IMG/VR virus record: IMGVR_UViG_3300046804_002762
Coordinates: 1 to 64,000 of that record
Reading direction: 5' to 3' (one strand)
DNA: 64,000 nt
DNA from: a virus
In this document: positions 1 to 9,885 of the stretch, in pieces
Position numbering within the stretch: the stretch's first letter is position 1
Layout of the letters: each line of letters starts with the position of its first letter
Made by a program: the position numbers and the translations under genes
The notes under the pieces: model-generated
What the model saw: only the letters and a program-made list of their open reading frames with translations
Databases searched by the model: none
Told to the model about the DNA's origin: nothing

Positions 1-290
1 CAACAACTCTAGGTTCTGGAGTAGTTAATTCATCTCTAACTTCTGTTGGTACTTTATCGGGTGGTCTCAATATTGCTTCAGGACAGACTTATAAGATTAA
101 TAGCGTTAATGTTCTTGATGCAACAACTCTAGGTTCTGGAGTAGTTAATTCATCTCTAACTTCAGTTGGTACTTTATCGGGTGGTCTCAATATTGCTTCA
201 GGACAGACTTATAAGATTAATAGCGTTAATGTTCTTGATGCAACAACTCTAGGTTCTGGAGTAGTTAATTCATCTCTAACTTCCGTTGGA
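1..290 (+). repeat. 120-bp in-frame tandem repeat (at least 2.4 copies)
   Basis: Bases 1-120 and 121-240 are identical except one synonymous base, and 241-~290 is a partial third copy. The unit encodes TTLGSGVVNSSLTSVGTLSGGLNIASGQTYKINSVNVLDA. Confidence 0.95.
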
Positions 291-923
291 ACATTAAATT
301 CATTAAATGTCTCAGGAACCGCAACATTTGCTGGAATTACTACAGTTACTGGTACAACATTATTTGCAAAACAACTAAACGTTTCTGGAGTTTCTACTGC
401 AGGTTCTTTTATAAAATCTGGAGGAACCTCAAGTCAATTCTTGAAAGCAGATGGTTCCGTAGATAGTAATACTTATTTAACTTCCTCTTCAACATCTGTA
501 ACTGATGATATCTCAACAGATGCTACCAGATACCTTACATTTACAAGTTCCACATCTGGATCTATCTCTGGTGTAAATGTTTCTTCAACAAATCTCCAAT
601 ATAATCCACTATCTGGAAATCTAGCAGCAACTCAATTTACATCTCTATCTGATGCTGCACAAAAAACTAATGTAAGGCCGATAGAAAATCCAATTGAAAT
701 TACAAAACAACTTGATGGAGTTAGGTTTGATTGGATAAATAACAATAAACCTTCACTTGGTTTGATTGCTCAAGAAGTTGAAAAAGTTCTTCCAGAACTC
801 GTTGAGACCAATAGTGATGGTATTAAGTCAGTAAGTTACTCTAATATGGTTGGTCTTTTAATTGAAGCAATCAAAGAACAACAAGTTCGTATTGAAGAAC
901 TGGAGAGAAAGTTAAATGCCTAA
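3..923 (+). CDS. Tail fibre protein, C-terminal part (5' partial), with peptidase S74 intramolecular chaperone domain
   Basis: The frame of ORF 441..923 is open from the window start. It has 40-aa S/T/G-rich repeats, then 'SLSDAAQKTNVRPIE..GVRFDW..GLIAQEVEKVLPELV..SVSYSNMVGLLIEAIKEQQ', the typical S74 chaperone signature. Confidence 0.85.
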   Translation, partial: TTLGSGVVNSSLTSVGTLSGGLNIASGQTYKINSVNVLDATTLGSGVVNSSLTSVGTLSGGLNIASGQTYKINSVNVLDATTLGSGVVNSSLTSVGTLNSLNVSGTATFAGITTVTGTTLFAKQLNVSGVSTAGSFIKSGGTSSQFLKADGSVDSNTYLTSSSTSVTDDISTDATRYLTFTSSTSGSISGVNVSSTNLQYNPLSGNLAATQFTSLSDAAQKTNVRPIENPIEITKQLDGVRFDWINNNKPSLGLIAQEVEKVLPELVETNSDGIKSVSYSNMVGLLIEAIKEQQVRIEELERKLNA

Positions 924-2106
924 TCAGTTTTTATCACCAGAAGGAGATTTAGAAAACTATTTTGTAAGTGAGTATTGGTTAATTGACCAGTATATTGGCG
1001 ATGCTTTATGGATTTTGGGTTCTGGAGCTAATGGAAGACTTGGTAACGGAGCAACAACAGGTAACATAAGTACTCCAGTCACAACATTTGCTGGGGGAAC
1101 TAATTGGAAACAAGTAAGTTGTGCAAATGGACATACAGCAGCAATCAAAACTGATGGAACTCTATGGACTTGGGGTACTGGATCTAATGGAAGACTCGGA
1201 AACGCACAAGTAACCAATGTATCCACTCCAATCACCACATTTGCTGGAGGAACCAACTGGAAACAAGTAAGTGGTGGAAATATCCATACAGCAGTAATCA
1301 AAACTGATGGAACCTTATGGATTTGGGGTAATGGATATAATGGAAGATTAGGAAATGCATCAACAACCAATGTATCCACTCCAATCACCACATTTGCCGG
1401 AGGAACTAACTGGAAACAAGTAAGTTCTGGAGGTTATCATACAGCAGCAATCAAAACTGATGGAACTTTATGGATTTGGGGAAGTGGATCTGGTGGAAAA
1501 CTTGGAAATAACACAACAGTCGATACATCCACTCCAATCACCACATTTGCAGGAGGAAACAACTGGAAACAAGTCAGTTGTGGAATTTTTCATACATCAG
1601 CAATTAAAACCGATGGAACCTTATGGGCTTGGGGTTCTGGATCAGTCGGACAACTTGGAAACGCGGAAGCATTAGGAAGCACTAAATTTACTCCAGTCAC
1701 CACATTTGCTGGAGGAACTAATTGGAAACAAGTAAGTTCTGGAGATAATCATACGGCAGCAATCAAAACTGATGGAACCTTATGGACTTGGGGAAGTGGA
1801 TCTAGTGGAAAACTTGGAAATAGCACAACAGGCGATAGATCCACTCCAATCACCACATTTGCAGGAGGAAACAACTGGAAACAAGTATGTGCTGGAGATA
1901 CTCATACATCAGCAATTAAAACCGATGGAACCTTATGGACTTGGGGTGGTGGTGCTTTTGGACAACTTGGAAACGCGGCAACGAGTAATAGATTAACTCC
2001 ATCCACCATATTTGTTGGAGAAACTAATTGGAAACAAGTTGATTGTGGATATAGGAATACAGTAGCAGTCCAAGCAGGTATCAACGCCGAGTACCCACTC
2101 TCATAA
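916..2106 (+). CDS. RCC1/BLIP-II repeat beta-propeller protein (likely tail-associated)
   Basis: About 7 repeats of 'HTAAIKTDGTLWTWGxGxxGxLGN..STPVTTFAGGTNWKQVS'. It overlaps the tail-fibre stop codon. Confidence 0.85.
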   Translation: MPNQFLSPEGDLENYFVSEYWLIDQYIGDALWILGSGANGRLGNGATTGNISTPVTTFAGGTNWKQVSCANGHTAAIKTDGTLWTWGTGSNGRLGNAQVTNVSTPITTFAGGTNWKQVSGGNIHTAVIKTDGTLWIWGNGYNGRLGNASTTNVSTPITTFAGGTNWKQVSSGGYHTAAIKTDGTLWIWGSGSGGKLGNNTTVDTSTPITTFAGGNNWKQVSCGIFHTSAIKTDGTLWAWGSGSVGQLGNAEALGSTKFTPVTTFAGGTNWKQVSSGDNHTAAIKTDGTLWTWGSGSSGKLGNSTTGDRSTPITTFAGGNNWKQVCAGDTHTSAIKTDGTLWTWGGGAFGQLGNAATSNRLTPSTIFVGETNWKQVDCGYRNTVAVQAGINAEYPLS

Positions 2107-2123
2107 ATACTTAAAAAACGATA

Positions 2124-2798
2124 ATGGAAATAGCACTCATTCATAACAACTCATTAGAACTTGGTCCTTTCGGGATGAATGTTCATTATATCAATCAAGA
2201 GTTAGAAGAACTTGAAGTAGAAGAACGCATATCTCCACAAAGTTTTTCCCAACTCCCCATTCATTTTAGTGATGGACTTACTCATCTTCTTCCAACCGAA
2301 AGAGTGATTCCAGAGAATGATCCAAAGTATCAAAATGTAGGAGATTTTAGTTGGGAAATTATTGAAGAAGATGGTGTTCCCGTAAAGGTTGTATTCACTC
2401 ACGAAGTTGCTGATAAGACTTTAGAAGAAGTCAAAGCAACTCGTAAGCAAGAAGTTGCTCCAGCAAGAAAACAAAAAGAAAATACTGTTACCACTCTTAC
2501 AGTCAATAATACTGAAGTAGAAGTATCAACCTCAAGAGAAGAAAGATTGATGCTTGCAAGTAAACTTTCAGCATCTCCTGGGCCTCATAACTTTAAGTTC
2601 CAAAATACTTGGTTAGAGATTACTACAGAAGAACTTCAGTATATTGTAAGTGAAGTTGATAAAGTAGTTCAAGAAGCATTTGATTGGGAGTTAGCAAAAC
2701 TTCAAGAGATTGATGCTTGTGAGACAATTGATGAGGTTTATGATGTTGTGATTGTAGAGCAACCAGAACTAGAAACCCCTCAATTACCAGTAGAGTGA
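2124..2798 (+). CDS. Acidic tail-fibre-associated protein (DUF4376-like C-terminus)
   Basis: Late promoter TAAATA at 2104. The C-terminal 'VQEAFDWELAKLQEIDACETIDEV' pattern is typical of DUF4376-type proteins. Confidence 0.55.
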   Translation: MEIALIHNNSLELGPFGMNVHYINQELEELEVEERISPQSFSQLPIHFSDGLTHLLPTERVIPENDPKYQNVGDFSWEIIEEDGVPVKVVFTHEVADKTLEEVKATRKQEVAPARKQKENTVTTLTVNNTEVEVSTSREERLMLASKLSASPGPHNFKFQNTWLEITTEELQYIVSEVDKVVQEAFDWELAKLQEIDACETIDEVYDVVIVEQPELETPQLPVE

Positions 2799-2799
2799 A

Positions 2800-4026
2800 A
2801 TGAGTAGAGTAGAAACAACCACTAACTTTAGAGATAGTCTTGGTGTTGATTTAGGTAGAAAGTTAGTCACCAAAGACTATCTCATTAGTGTTTATCCAGA
2901 AATTGGAGATAAGATTGGTATTCCTCCAGAACTGTGGATTTGGGGTAGTGGAAGTAACGGAAAACTTGGAAACGCAGTAACAACCGATATATCCACACCA
3001 GTCACCACATTTGCCGGAGGAACCAATTGGAAACAAGTTTCTTCTAATGGAAATTCTCATACAGCAGCAATCAAAACTGATGGAACCTTATGGACTTGGG
3101 GTAGTGGGGATAGTGGACAAATTGGAAACAACTCAACAACCACCGTATCTACTCCAGTCACCACATTTGCCGGAGGAACCAATTGGAAACAAGTTTCTAA
3201 TGGAAATTCTCATACAGCAGCAATCAAAACTGATGGAACCTTATGGACTTGGGGAGATGGATCTAACGGAAGACTTGGAAATGCATCAACATCCGGTGCA
3301 TCCACTCCAGTCACCACATTTGCTGGAGGAAATAATTGGAAACAAGTAAGTTTTGGAACTGCTCATATAGCAGCAATCAAAACTGATGGAACCCTATGGA
3401 CTTGGGGTAGTGGAAGTAATGGACAACTTGGAAACGCAGTAACAACAGGTAACATAAGCACTCCAGTTACCACATTTGCCGGTGGAACCAACTGGAAACA
3501 AGTGAGTGGAGGTGATATCACAGCAGCAATCAAAACTGATGGAACCTTATGGACTTGGGGTAGTGCAAGTAGCGGAAAACTTGGAAATGCAGTAATAACA
3601 GGTAACATAAGTACTCCAATCACAACATTTGCTGGAGGAAACAACTGGAAACAAGTTGCTTGTGGAAGTATACATATGGCAGCAATCAAGACTGATGGAA
3701 CATTATGGGTTTGGGGTCTTGGAAGTTATGGAAAACTTGGAAACGGAGCAACAACAGGTAATATATCCACTCCAGTCACCACATTTGTTGGAGGAACCAA
3801 CTGGAAACAAGTTTCTAATGGAAATTCTAATACAGCAGCAATCAAGACTGATGGAACATTATGGGCTTGGGGCAGTGGAAGTAATGGAAGACTTGGAAAC
3901 GCAGTAACAACAGGTAACATAAGCACTCCAGTCACCACATTTGCTGGAGGAAATAATTGGAAACAAGTAAGTTTTGGAACTGTCCATACAACAGCAATAC
4001 AATCAGTAGATTTCTCACCATTCTAA
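2800..4026 (+). CDS. RCC1 repeat beta-propeller protein
   Basis: Same ~51-aa repeat as 916..2106. Confidence 0.85.
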   Translation: MSRVETTTNFRDSLGVDLGRKLVTKDYLISVYPEIGDKIGIPPELWIWGSGSNGKLGNAVTTDISTPVTTFAGGTNWKQVSSNGNSHTAAIKTDGTLWTWGSGDSGQIGNNSTTTVSTPVTTFAGGTNWKQVSNGNSHTAAIKTDGTLWTWGDGSNGRLGNASTSGASTPVTTFAGGNNWKQVSFGTAHIAAIKTDGTLWTWGSGSNGQLGNAVTTGNISTPVTTFAGGTNWKQVSGGDITAAIKTDGTLWTWGSASSGKLGNAVITGNISTPITTFAGGNNWKQVACGSIHMAAIKTDGTLWVWGLGSYGKLGNGATTGNISTPVTTFVGGTNWKQVSNGNSNTAAIKTDGTLWAWGSGSNGRLGNAVTTGNISTPVTTFAGGNNWKQVSFGTVHTTAIQSVDFSPF

Positions 4027-4057
4027 TAAATACCTCAAGATACATTTAATATTCTTT

Positions 4058-5398
4058 ATGAACCCTCTTGAGTTGGTCACAAAAACTCTATACTCCTTCA
4101 ACGAAAAAGAACTTACAGCACAAGTTCTTCAGGCATTTGGAAAAAGAGCAGAAACCTTTGAGCAACACAATGATGTTGCTAAAATTTTCTTTGAGATAAA
4201 AGATTTCTCAAATGCTATTACTTATGGCGAGAAAGCACTTAAGTTAGCAAGGTCAAAAGAAGAAAAATATACAACAGCAAAGAACCTGATTAATGCTTAT
4301 AATCAAAATAATTATCCGGAAAAAGCAATAACTCAAATAACAAAAATAAAATCACAAAATCCACAAGATACTGAACTTCTTCTTGAGGAAACTTTTTCAT
4401 ATTCTGCTCTCAATCAAAAAGAGAAATCAGAAAAACTTTTATTTGACCTAATTAAAAAAAGACTACCAGAAGAGATTGAAAGAAAAGCATATCATAATCT
4501 ATCCGGACATTATTTCAGGAAGGATGATATTCATACAGGACTTCAGCACTTTCTCAAAGCAGGAGAAGTAGAAGCATATAAGAATAGAAAACTTCCAGAG
4601 TATGAGAAATGGGATGGTACAGTAACTCCAGGAAGAACTGTAATTATTGATAATCAGTGTGGTGCTGGTGATGAAGTGATTCATATCAGGTTTATGAAGC
4701 ATATTAAAAAACTTGGAATGAAACCAGTCTGGACAACAACACGAAGAGACCTACAAAAAATCTTCCAATACAACGGGTTTGAAGTTGAATGTGTTTGGGA
4801 TAAACCAGAACTACCAAAGGATACTTGCTGGGTTTATGCTCTTGCTCTTCCTTATTATCTCAATCTCAAAGTAGAAGATTTAGGACAAACTCCTTACCTC
4901 AAACCACTACCACAGAAAGAAGAACAATATTCATATCTACAAGAAGATAAGAACTATAAGATTGGTACATTCTGGAACTCTGGTTCTGGATTTGAACAGG
5001 CACATTTCCGTTCAATTGATGCTGATGATTTATTCAAAGTTCTATCAAAAACTAATTCATCATTATATTCACTTCAACTACCAGACCAAACACCACCAGA
5101 AGGTTATGATGTAAAAACTTTTGATATTCCAAATCGTGATTTTACTGATACATTTTCACTTGTATCTCAAATGGACTTGGTGATTACTTCTTGTACTTCT
5201 ATTGCTCATATAGCAGCATCACAAGGTAAAGAAGTCTGCGTATTTGTACCGATTATGGAGTACTATGTTTGGACAAGTTCAACAGGAAAATCTTGGTGGT
5301 ATGGAGATAATGTTCATCTCTTTAAGCAAAAGAAACCAAGAAATTGGGACGAACCTTTGAAGCAATTGAAGGAGTTTCTAAATGATAGAGGAGTATAA
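4058..5398 (+). CDS. TPR-repeat + GT-B (GT9-like) glycosyltransferase
   Basis: Helical TPR-like N-terminus, then 'WDG..QCGAGDEVIHIRF' and 'DFTDTFSLVSQMDLVITSCTSIAHIAA..WWYG' motifs. Confidence 0.75.
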   Translation: MNPLELVTKTLYSFNEKELTAQVLQAFGKRAETFEQHNDVAKIFFEIKDFSNAITYGEKALKLARSKEEKYTTAKNLINAYNQNNYPEKAITQITKIKSQNPQDTELLLEETFSYSALNQKEKSEKLLFDLIKKRLPEEIERKAYHNLSGHYFRKDDIHTGLQHFLKAGEVEAYKNRKLPEYEKWDGTVTPGRTVIIDNQCGAGDEVIHIRFMKHIKKLGMKPVWTTTRRDLQKIFQYNGFEVECVWDKPELPKDTCWVYALALPYYLNLKVEDLGQTPYLKPLPQKEEQYSYLQEDKNYKIGTFWNSGSGFEQAHFRSIDADDLFKVLSKTNSSLYSLQLPDQTPPEGYDVKTFDIPNRDFTDTFSLVSQMDLVITSCTSIAHIAASQGKEVCVFVPIMEYYVWTSSTGKSWWYGDNVHLFKQKKPRNWDEPLKQLKEFLNDRGV

Positions 5399-5840
5399 CC
5401 TTTCTTTTCTCAATCTAAATATCATTAAGAACAAACTTCTTGAAATAGAAACCAGTTCTCACGGACTTGTAACCAAAGGTGTTTCCACTTATAATTATGG
5501 AATGCCTATTTTAATGTATCCAGAACTGACTGGATTGAAGAATGTACTTAAGCAATATATTAGATTATATTGTAATAAGTATGAGATTCCACCTTTAAAG
5601 TTTATCAACAGTTGGTTTAATATTTCACAATCAGGTAATAAACTTAAGGCACATAAGCACGAAGAAAGTATTGTAAGTGGAGCATTTTATATTTCTGGAA
5701 AGACTCCTTTAATATTTCCAGAGACCTCAATCAATCCTTATCCCGGTCTGTTAGTTATTTTCTCAAGTGATTTGATTCACTATACTGAAGAAGAAACTGA
5801 AGAACGAATTATTATTAGTTTTAATACAGATTACCTATGA
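5382..5840 (+). CDS. 2OG-Fe(II) oxygenase-like protein
   Basis: 'SWFN..HKH..VSGAFY..LVIFSSDLIHYT..RIIISFN', the cyanophage 2OG-Fe(II) pattern. Confidence 0.75.
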   Translation: MIEEYNLSFLNLNIIKNKLLEIETSSHGLVTKGVSTYNYGMPILMYPELTGLKNVLKQYIRLYCNKYEIPPLKFINSWFNISQSGNKLKAHKHEESIVSGAFYISGKTPLIFPETSINPYPGLLVIFSSDLIHYTEEETEERIIISFNTDYL

Positions 5841-6625
5841 AATTTTTATTTTTGGTTGGTTCGGCACTCAAGCATTTTCAAGAAGAAAAGTTTAGTGCTT
5901 ATGATGAACAACAAAGATTTGAACAAACATTAAAGACGATTGAATGTATAAGAGAAAAAGTACCAAATTCTTATGTCGTTTTATTTGAATGTTCTTCTAA
6001 ACTAATTGATGAGAAGCAAAAAGATACACTTAAAGAAAAAGCAGATTTGTTTTTAGAATTTTATAATGAACCAGTACTCAAACAAATCTATGAAAACCTT
6101 GAAGAAAGACCAGAACTGATTACTTATGGCAAATCATTATTAGAAACCAGAGGATTGTTGAATGCTCTTTATGTAATCAAGAAACACAATCTTTTTAGTG
6201 ATAGTCAAAGAGTATTCAAACTGACTGGAAGATACTTGTTGAATGAGTATTTTGATATTAAAGATTACGAATCAAAGTTTCTTGAGGAAAAATATGTAAT
6301 CAAAAAGTATGATTATCTTTCACAAGAAGCAGAAAATTTTGATGATAAAGAACTTGAAAATGTTTATGCTTATCTTTATGGAGCTCAAGGTATGATGGTA
6401 ACTGGTCTATGGTCTTTTGACCGTATGCTTTTTAATGAAATTGTTGAGTCACTTGAGAAAGCATTTGTTTATATGGAAAAGATGCTCCAATTTACATCAG
6501 GTACTGATGTTGAACACTCACTTTATCGGTTCTTAAACAAAAAGAACATAATCAGTATTCCAAATCTTGGTCTCACTACAATTAAAGGAATGAGTGGTGA
6601 AAATGGTGCAAGTTATCAAATATGA
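5837..6625 (+). CDS. Hypothetical protein, glycosyltransferase-like
   Basis: 262-aa ORF with 'RVFKLTGRY' and 'DVEH' motifs, inside the glycan-modification cluster. Confidence 0.45.
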   Translation: MKFLFLVGSALKHFQEEKFSAYDEQQRFEQTLKTIECIREKVPNSYVVLFECSSKLIDEKQKDTLKEKADLFLEFYNEPVLKQIYENLEERPELITYGKSLLETRGLLNALYVIKKHNLFSDSQRVFKLTGRYLLNEYFDIKDYESKFLEEKYVIKKYDYLSQEAENFDDKELENVYAYLYGAQGMMVTGLWSFDRMLFNEIVESLEKAFVYMEKMLQFTSGTDVEHSLYRFLNKKNIISIPNLGLTTIKGMSGENGASYQI

Positions 6626-7275
6626 AAATAGCAATCTTTTATCATATAGCACAAATGGGTTTGGGTGCTTTTATATATCAACAGCAAATTCATAGACTTT
6701 ATACTTCAGGATTAATCAAAGAAGCATCTCATATTCATTTTGGAGTGAATGGAAACCAAGAACTTTTTAATGTTCCTGATAAGGCAACTATAAATATCAA
6801 TCAAAACTGGAAAGAAGAAACAGATACTTTGGTTTCTTTAAGAGATTTTTGTAAACAAAATCCAGATTATAAAGTTCTTTATTTTCACACAAAAGGTATA
6901 TCTCAACACTGCCTAAATGGAGAGAGTTGGAGACTGATGATGGAATATTTTGTGATTGATAAATGGAAAGAGTGTGTAGATTATTTAAATGAATATGATA
7001 GTGTTGGAAGTAATCTTAAAATCTTAGGACCAACAACTTGGAGTGATGGTAGACAATCGTGGGAAAAAGCAGGAACTCAACATTTTGTAGGAAACTTTTG
7101 GTGGGCAAATGCTTCTTATGTAAATACTTTAGATGATGAGTTTTTGAAGAGTGATTTTAGATTAGACAGAGAATTTTGGATTGGTACTGGAAATGGTAAA
7201 ATGAAATCTTTATATCAACCAGAAGACCACGAACCTTATACATATTTTTATCAGGAGAAGGATTATGTTTCGTGA
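6622..7275 (+). CDS. Putative glycosyltransferase-like protein
   Basis: 'VLYFHTKG..WR..MEYF..HFVGNFWWA..EFWIG' motif set, translationally coupled within the cluster. Confidence 0.5.
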   Translation: MKIAIFYHIAQMGLGAFIYQQQIHRLYTSGLIKEASHIHFGVNGNQELFNVPDKATININQNWKEETDTLVSLRDFCKQNPDYKVLYFHTKGISQHCLNGESWRLMMEYFVIDKWKECVDYLNEYDSVGSNLKILGPTTWSDGRQSWEKAGTQHFVGNFWWANASYVNTLDDEFLKSDFRLDREFWIGTGNGKMKSLYQPEDHEPYTYFYQEKDYVS

Positions 7276-7618
7276 ATGTGGAGAATGTACTGCTTGCTGT
7301 TCTTGGTTGATTGGTGATGCTTTTGGATGGAAGTTTGGAGCAGGAAAATCTTGTAAGTTCTTGGAATGTAATGGATGTGGTGTTCATAAAGGACGACCAG
7401 AATCTTGTAGAGATTATCAATGTGCTTGGTCTCAATATTTACTTCCAGAAGAAATGAGACCTGATAAGTGTAATGTATTGGTTTCTGTGGAACAAAATGA
7501 GAATGGTCAATATTTAAAGGCATTAGCAATAAATAGTAAAGAAGTAACAAGTGATGTTAAACAATACCTTCAAAAGTGGAGTGAAAGTATGAACACTCCT
7601 GTGATTTTTATAGAGTAA
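7265..7618 (+). CDS. CxxCxxCC (YkgJ-like) Fe-S/Zn cluster protein
   Basis: 'RECGECTACC..CKFL..C.VH..RPESCRDYQCAW'. Confidence 0.7.
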   Translation: MFRECGECTACCSWLIGDAFGWKFGAGKSCKFLECNGCGVHKGRPESCRDYQCAWSQYLLPEEMRPDKCNVLVSVEQNENGQYLKALAINSKEVTSDVKQYLQKWSESMNTPVIFIE

Positions 7619-7640
7619 AAGTCGTTTCCAAGAATTTCAA

Positions 7641-9077
7641 ATGCCTACTTTTTATAACTTTAGAGAAAACGGACTTGATTATAGTTTTGATGATGTCTTT
7701 GTACCTGCGGACTTATTTCGTGATGGGAACTTATGGACTTGGGGTTATGGAGGTAGTGGACGACTAGGAAACGCAACAATAACCAGTGCATCCACTCCAG
7801 TCACTACATTTTCCGGAGGAACCAATTGGAAACAAGTATATATTACAACTAATCTTAGCACAGCAATCAAGACCGATGGTACTTTATGGACCTGGGGCGG
7901 TTCGGGTAATGGGAGACTTGGAAATGGACAAACAACAGGTACTTTTAGCACTCCAATCACCACATTTGCTGGAGGAACCAATTGGAAACAAGTAAGTTGT
8001 GGAAGTCAATGTGTAGCAGCAATCAAAACCGATGGAACCTTATGGACTTGGGGAGATGGATCTGGTGGAAGACTTGGAAACGCAACAATAACCAGTGCAT
8101 CCACCCCAATAACAACATTCGCAGGAGGAAGCAATTGGAAACAAGTAAATTGTGGTAGTTCTTATATGACAGCAATTAAAACTGATGGAACCTTATGGAC
8201 TTGGGGAGATGGATCTGGTGGAAGACTTGGAAACGCAACAATAACCAGTGCATCCACCCCAATAACAACATTCGCAGGAGGAAGCAATTGGAAACAAGTA
8301 AATTGTGGTAGTTCTTATGTGGCAGCAATCAAGACTGATGGAACCCTATGGGCTTGGGGTAGTGGATCTGGTGGAAAATTGGGAAACGGAGTAACAACAG
8401 GTAACATATCAACTCCAGTCACCACATTTGCTGGAGGAACCAACTGGAAACAAGTTGCTTGTGGAATCAATCATGTAGTAGCAATCAAGACTGATGGAAC
8501 TTTATGGGCTTGGGGAGATAATGATTCTGGGCAATTAGGAGATATTTTAACCGCCTTAAGATTAGGCGATCGAGGTGGATCTATGGCTGCAAGTTCTTCC
8601 GTAGTAACCGGAATAAGCACAACAGGTTTATCTATAGGAGATACACTCGTAACTACTGATCCATCTAATATATTTATCAGTGGATCAACAATAAGTTCTA
8701 TAGGTGTAGGCAGTGTTAATCTTTCTAGTGCAAACATTTCTGCCTATACTGGAGTATTTTCCTTTGCGAGATATTTCCCTCCTATATCTACGCCAATTAC
8801 AACATTTGCTGGGGGAAACAACTGGAAACAAGTAAGTGGTGGAGATTATTACACAGCAGCAGTCAAGACTAATGGAACTTTATGGACTTGGGGGGCTTCT
8901 CATTATGGTCAACTTGGAAATGGATTAAGACAAGGAGTCGGGAGTGTAAATCTTAAAAGAATAACAGATATTAGATCCACTCCAGTCACCACATTTGCTG
9001 GAGGAACCAATTGGAAACAAGTAAGTTGTGCTGATGATAATGCATCAGCACTCACCTACGACGACCCAGTGATCTAA
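7641..9077 (+). CDS. RCC1 repeat protein with internal duplication and S/T/G-rich insertion
   Basis: RCC1 repeats, a near-identical 153-bp tandem duplication (8031/8184) and a ~70-aa insertion at ~8540-8780. Confidence 0.85.
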   Translation: MPTFYNFRENGLDYSFDDVFVPADLFRDGNLWTWGYGGSGRLGNATITSASTPVTTFSGGTNWKQVYITTNLSTAIKTDGTLWTWGGSGNGRLGNGQTTGTFSTPITTFAGGTNWKQVSCGSQCVAAIKTDGTLWTWGDGSGGRLGNATITSASTPITTFAGGSNWKQVNCGSSYMTAIKTDGTLWTWGDGSGGRLGNATITSASTPITTFAGGSNWKQVNCGSSYVAAIKTDGTLWAWGSGSGGKLGNGVTTGNISTPVTTFAGGTNWKQVACGINHVVAIKTDGTLWAWGDNDSGQLGDILTALRLGDRGGSMAASSSVVTGISTTGLSIGDTLVTTDPSNIFISGSTISSIGVGSVNLSSANISAYTGVFSFARYFPPISTPITTFAGGNNWKQVSGGDYYTAAVKTNGTLWTWGASHYGQLGNGLRQGVGSVNLKRITDIRSTPVTTFAGGTNWKQVSCADDNASALTYDDPVI

Positions 9078-9102
9078 ATACTCATAACAACTGAAAAACA
9101 CT

Positions 9103-9885
9103 ATGAAGACTTTGTATTTTCTTGGAGGACTTCCAAGAAGTGGTTCTACATTATTAGGGTCACTTCTCAATCAACATCCAGACATTTATGTTTCTCCTAC
9201 ATCTCCACTAGGTGATGTAGTGACTGATATAGAAAAAATATTCAATAAAGTAGACCAACAGTTTACTTTTGACCGAAAAGCAATATCTTATAATGTTTAT
9301 AAAGCAGTTCTTGCTAACTTTTACAATCATATTCCAAAATCAACAATTCTAGATAAGCATCGGTTTTGGGGGAAGAACCTAGATACAGTTCAAATGTTTC
9401 TTTCCAACAAACCAAAAATTATAGCAACTTATCGTTCTATTCCAGAAGTTCTTACATCTTATATTTCTCTCATAGAACGGTCTAAGCACGAAGATAATTT
9501 TATTGATAATCATTTAAGAACAGATAATCTTCCAATCACAAATAATAATCGTGCTGAATATATTTGGAGATATTATGTTTCTCCATCTTATGAGAGTATG
9601 GTGTACGGTCTTACAAAATATCCAGACTGGGTTCATCTGGTAGAATATAATAGTCTTGTAGAAAATCCAGAAGCAGAGTTAAATAAAATTTATGAGTTTC
9701 TAGAGATTCCTTATCATACAAATACCTTTAATAATATTGATAATGCTTGTGGAGAACAGAAAGATGATGCTTGGGGATTAAAAGGTCTTCACGATATTCG
9801 TCCAAATCTATCTAAAATCTCACAAAATCCTATTGATGTAATAGGAGAAGAAAATGTAAAACTTTATTCCAAGTTTGATTTATGA
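9103..9885 (+). CDS. Sulfotransferase family protein
   Basis: N-terminal PAPS-binding loop 'GGLPRSGSTLL' and later 'VEYNSLVENPE..IYEFL'. Late promoter TAAATA at 9075. Confidence 0.85.
   Translation: MKTLYFLGGLPRSGSTLLGSLLNQHPDIYVSPTSPLGDVVTDIEKIFNKVDQQFTFDRKAISYNVYKAVLANFYNHIPKSTILDKHRFWGKNLDTVQMFLSNKPKIIATYRSIPEVLTSYISLIERSKHEDNFIDNHLRTDNLPITNNNRAEYIWRYYVSPSYESMVYGLTKYPDWVHLVEYNSLVENPEAELNKIYEFLEIPYHTNTFNNIDNACGEQKDDAWGLKGLHDIRPNLSKISQNPIDVIGEENVKLYSKFDL

Noticed and set aside
957-8737. Alternative-frame and antisense ORFs within the RCC1 genes
   Set aside because: These are shadows of the repetitive coding sequence, with no independent start signals.
916-9077. Diversity-generating retroelement acting on the RCC1 or tail genes
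   Set aside because: No reverse transcriptase, no non-coding template repeat and no evident adenine-specific variation. All repeats are in-frame protein repeats.
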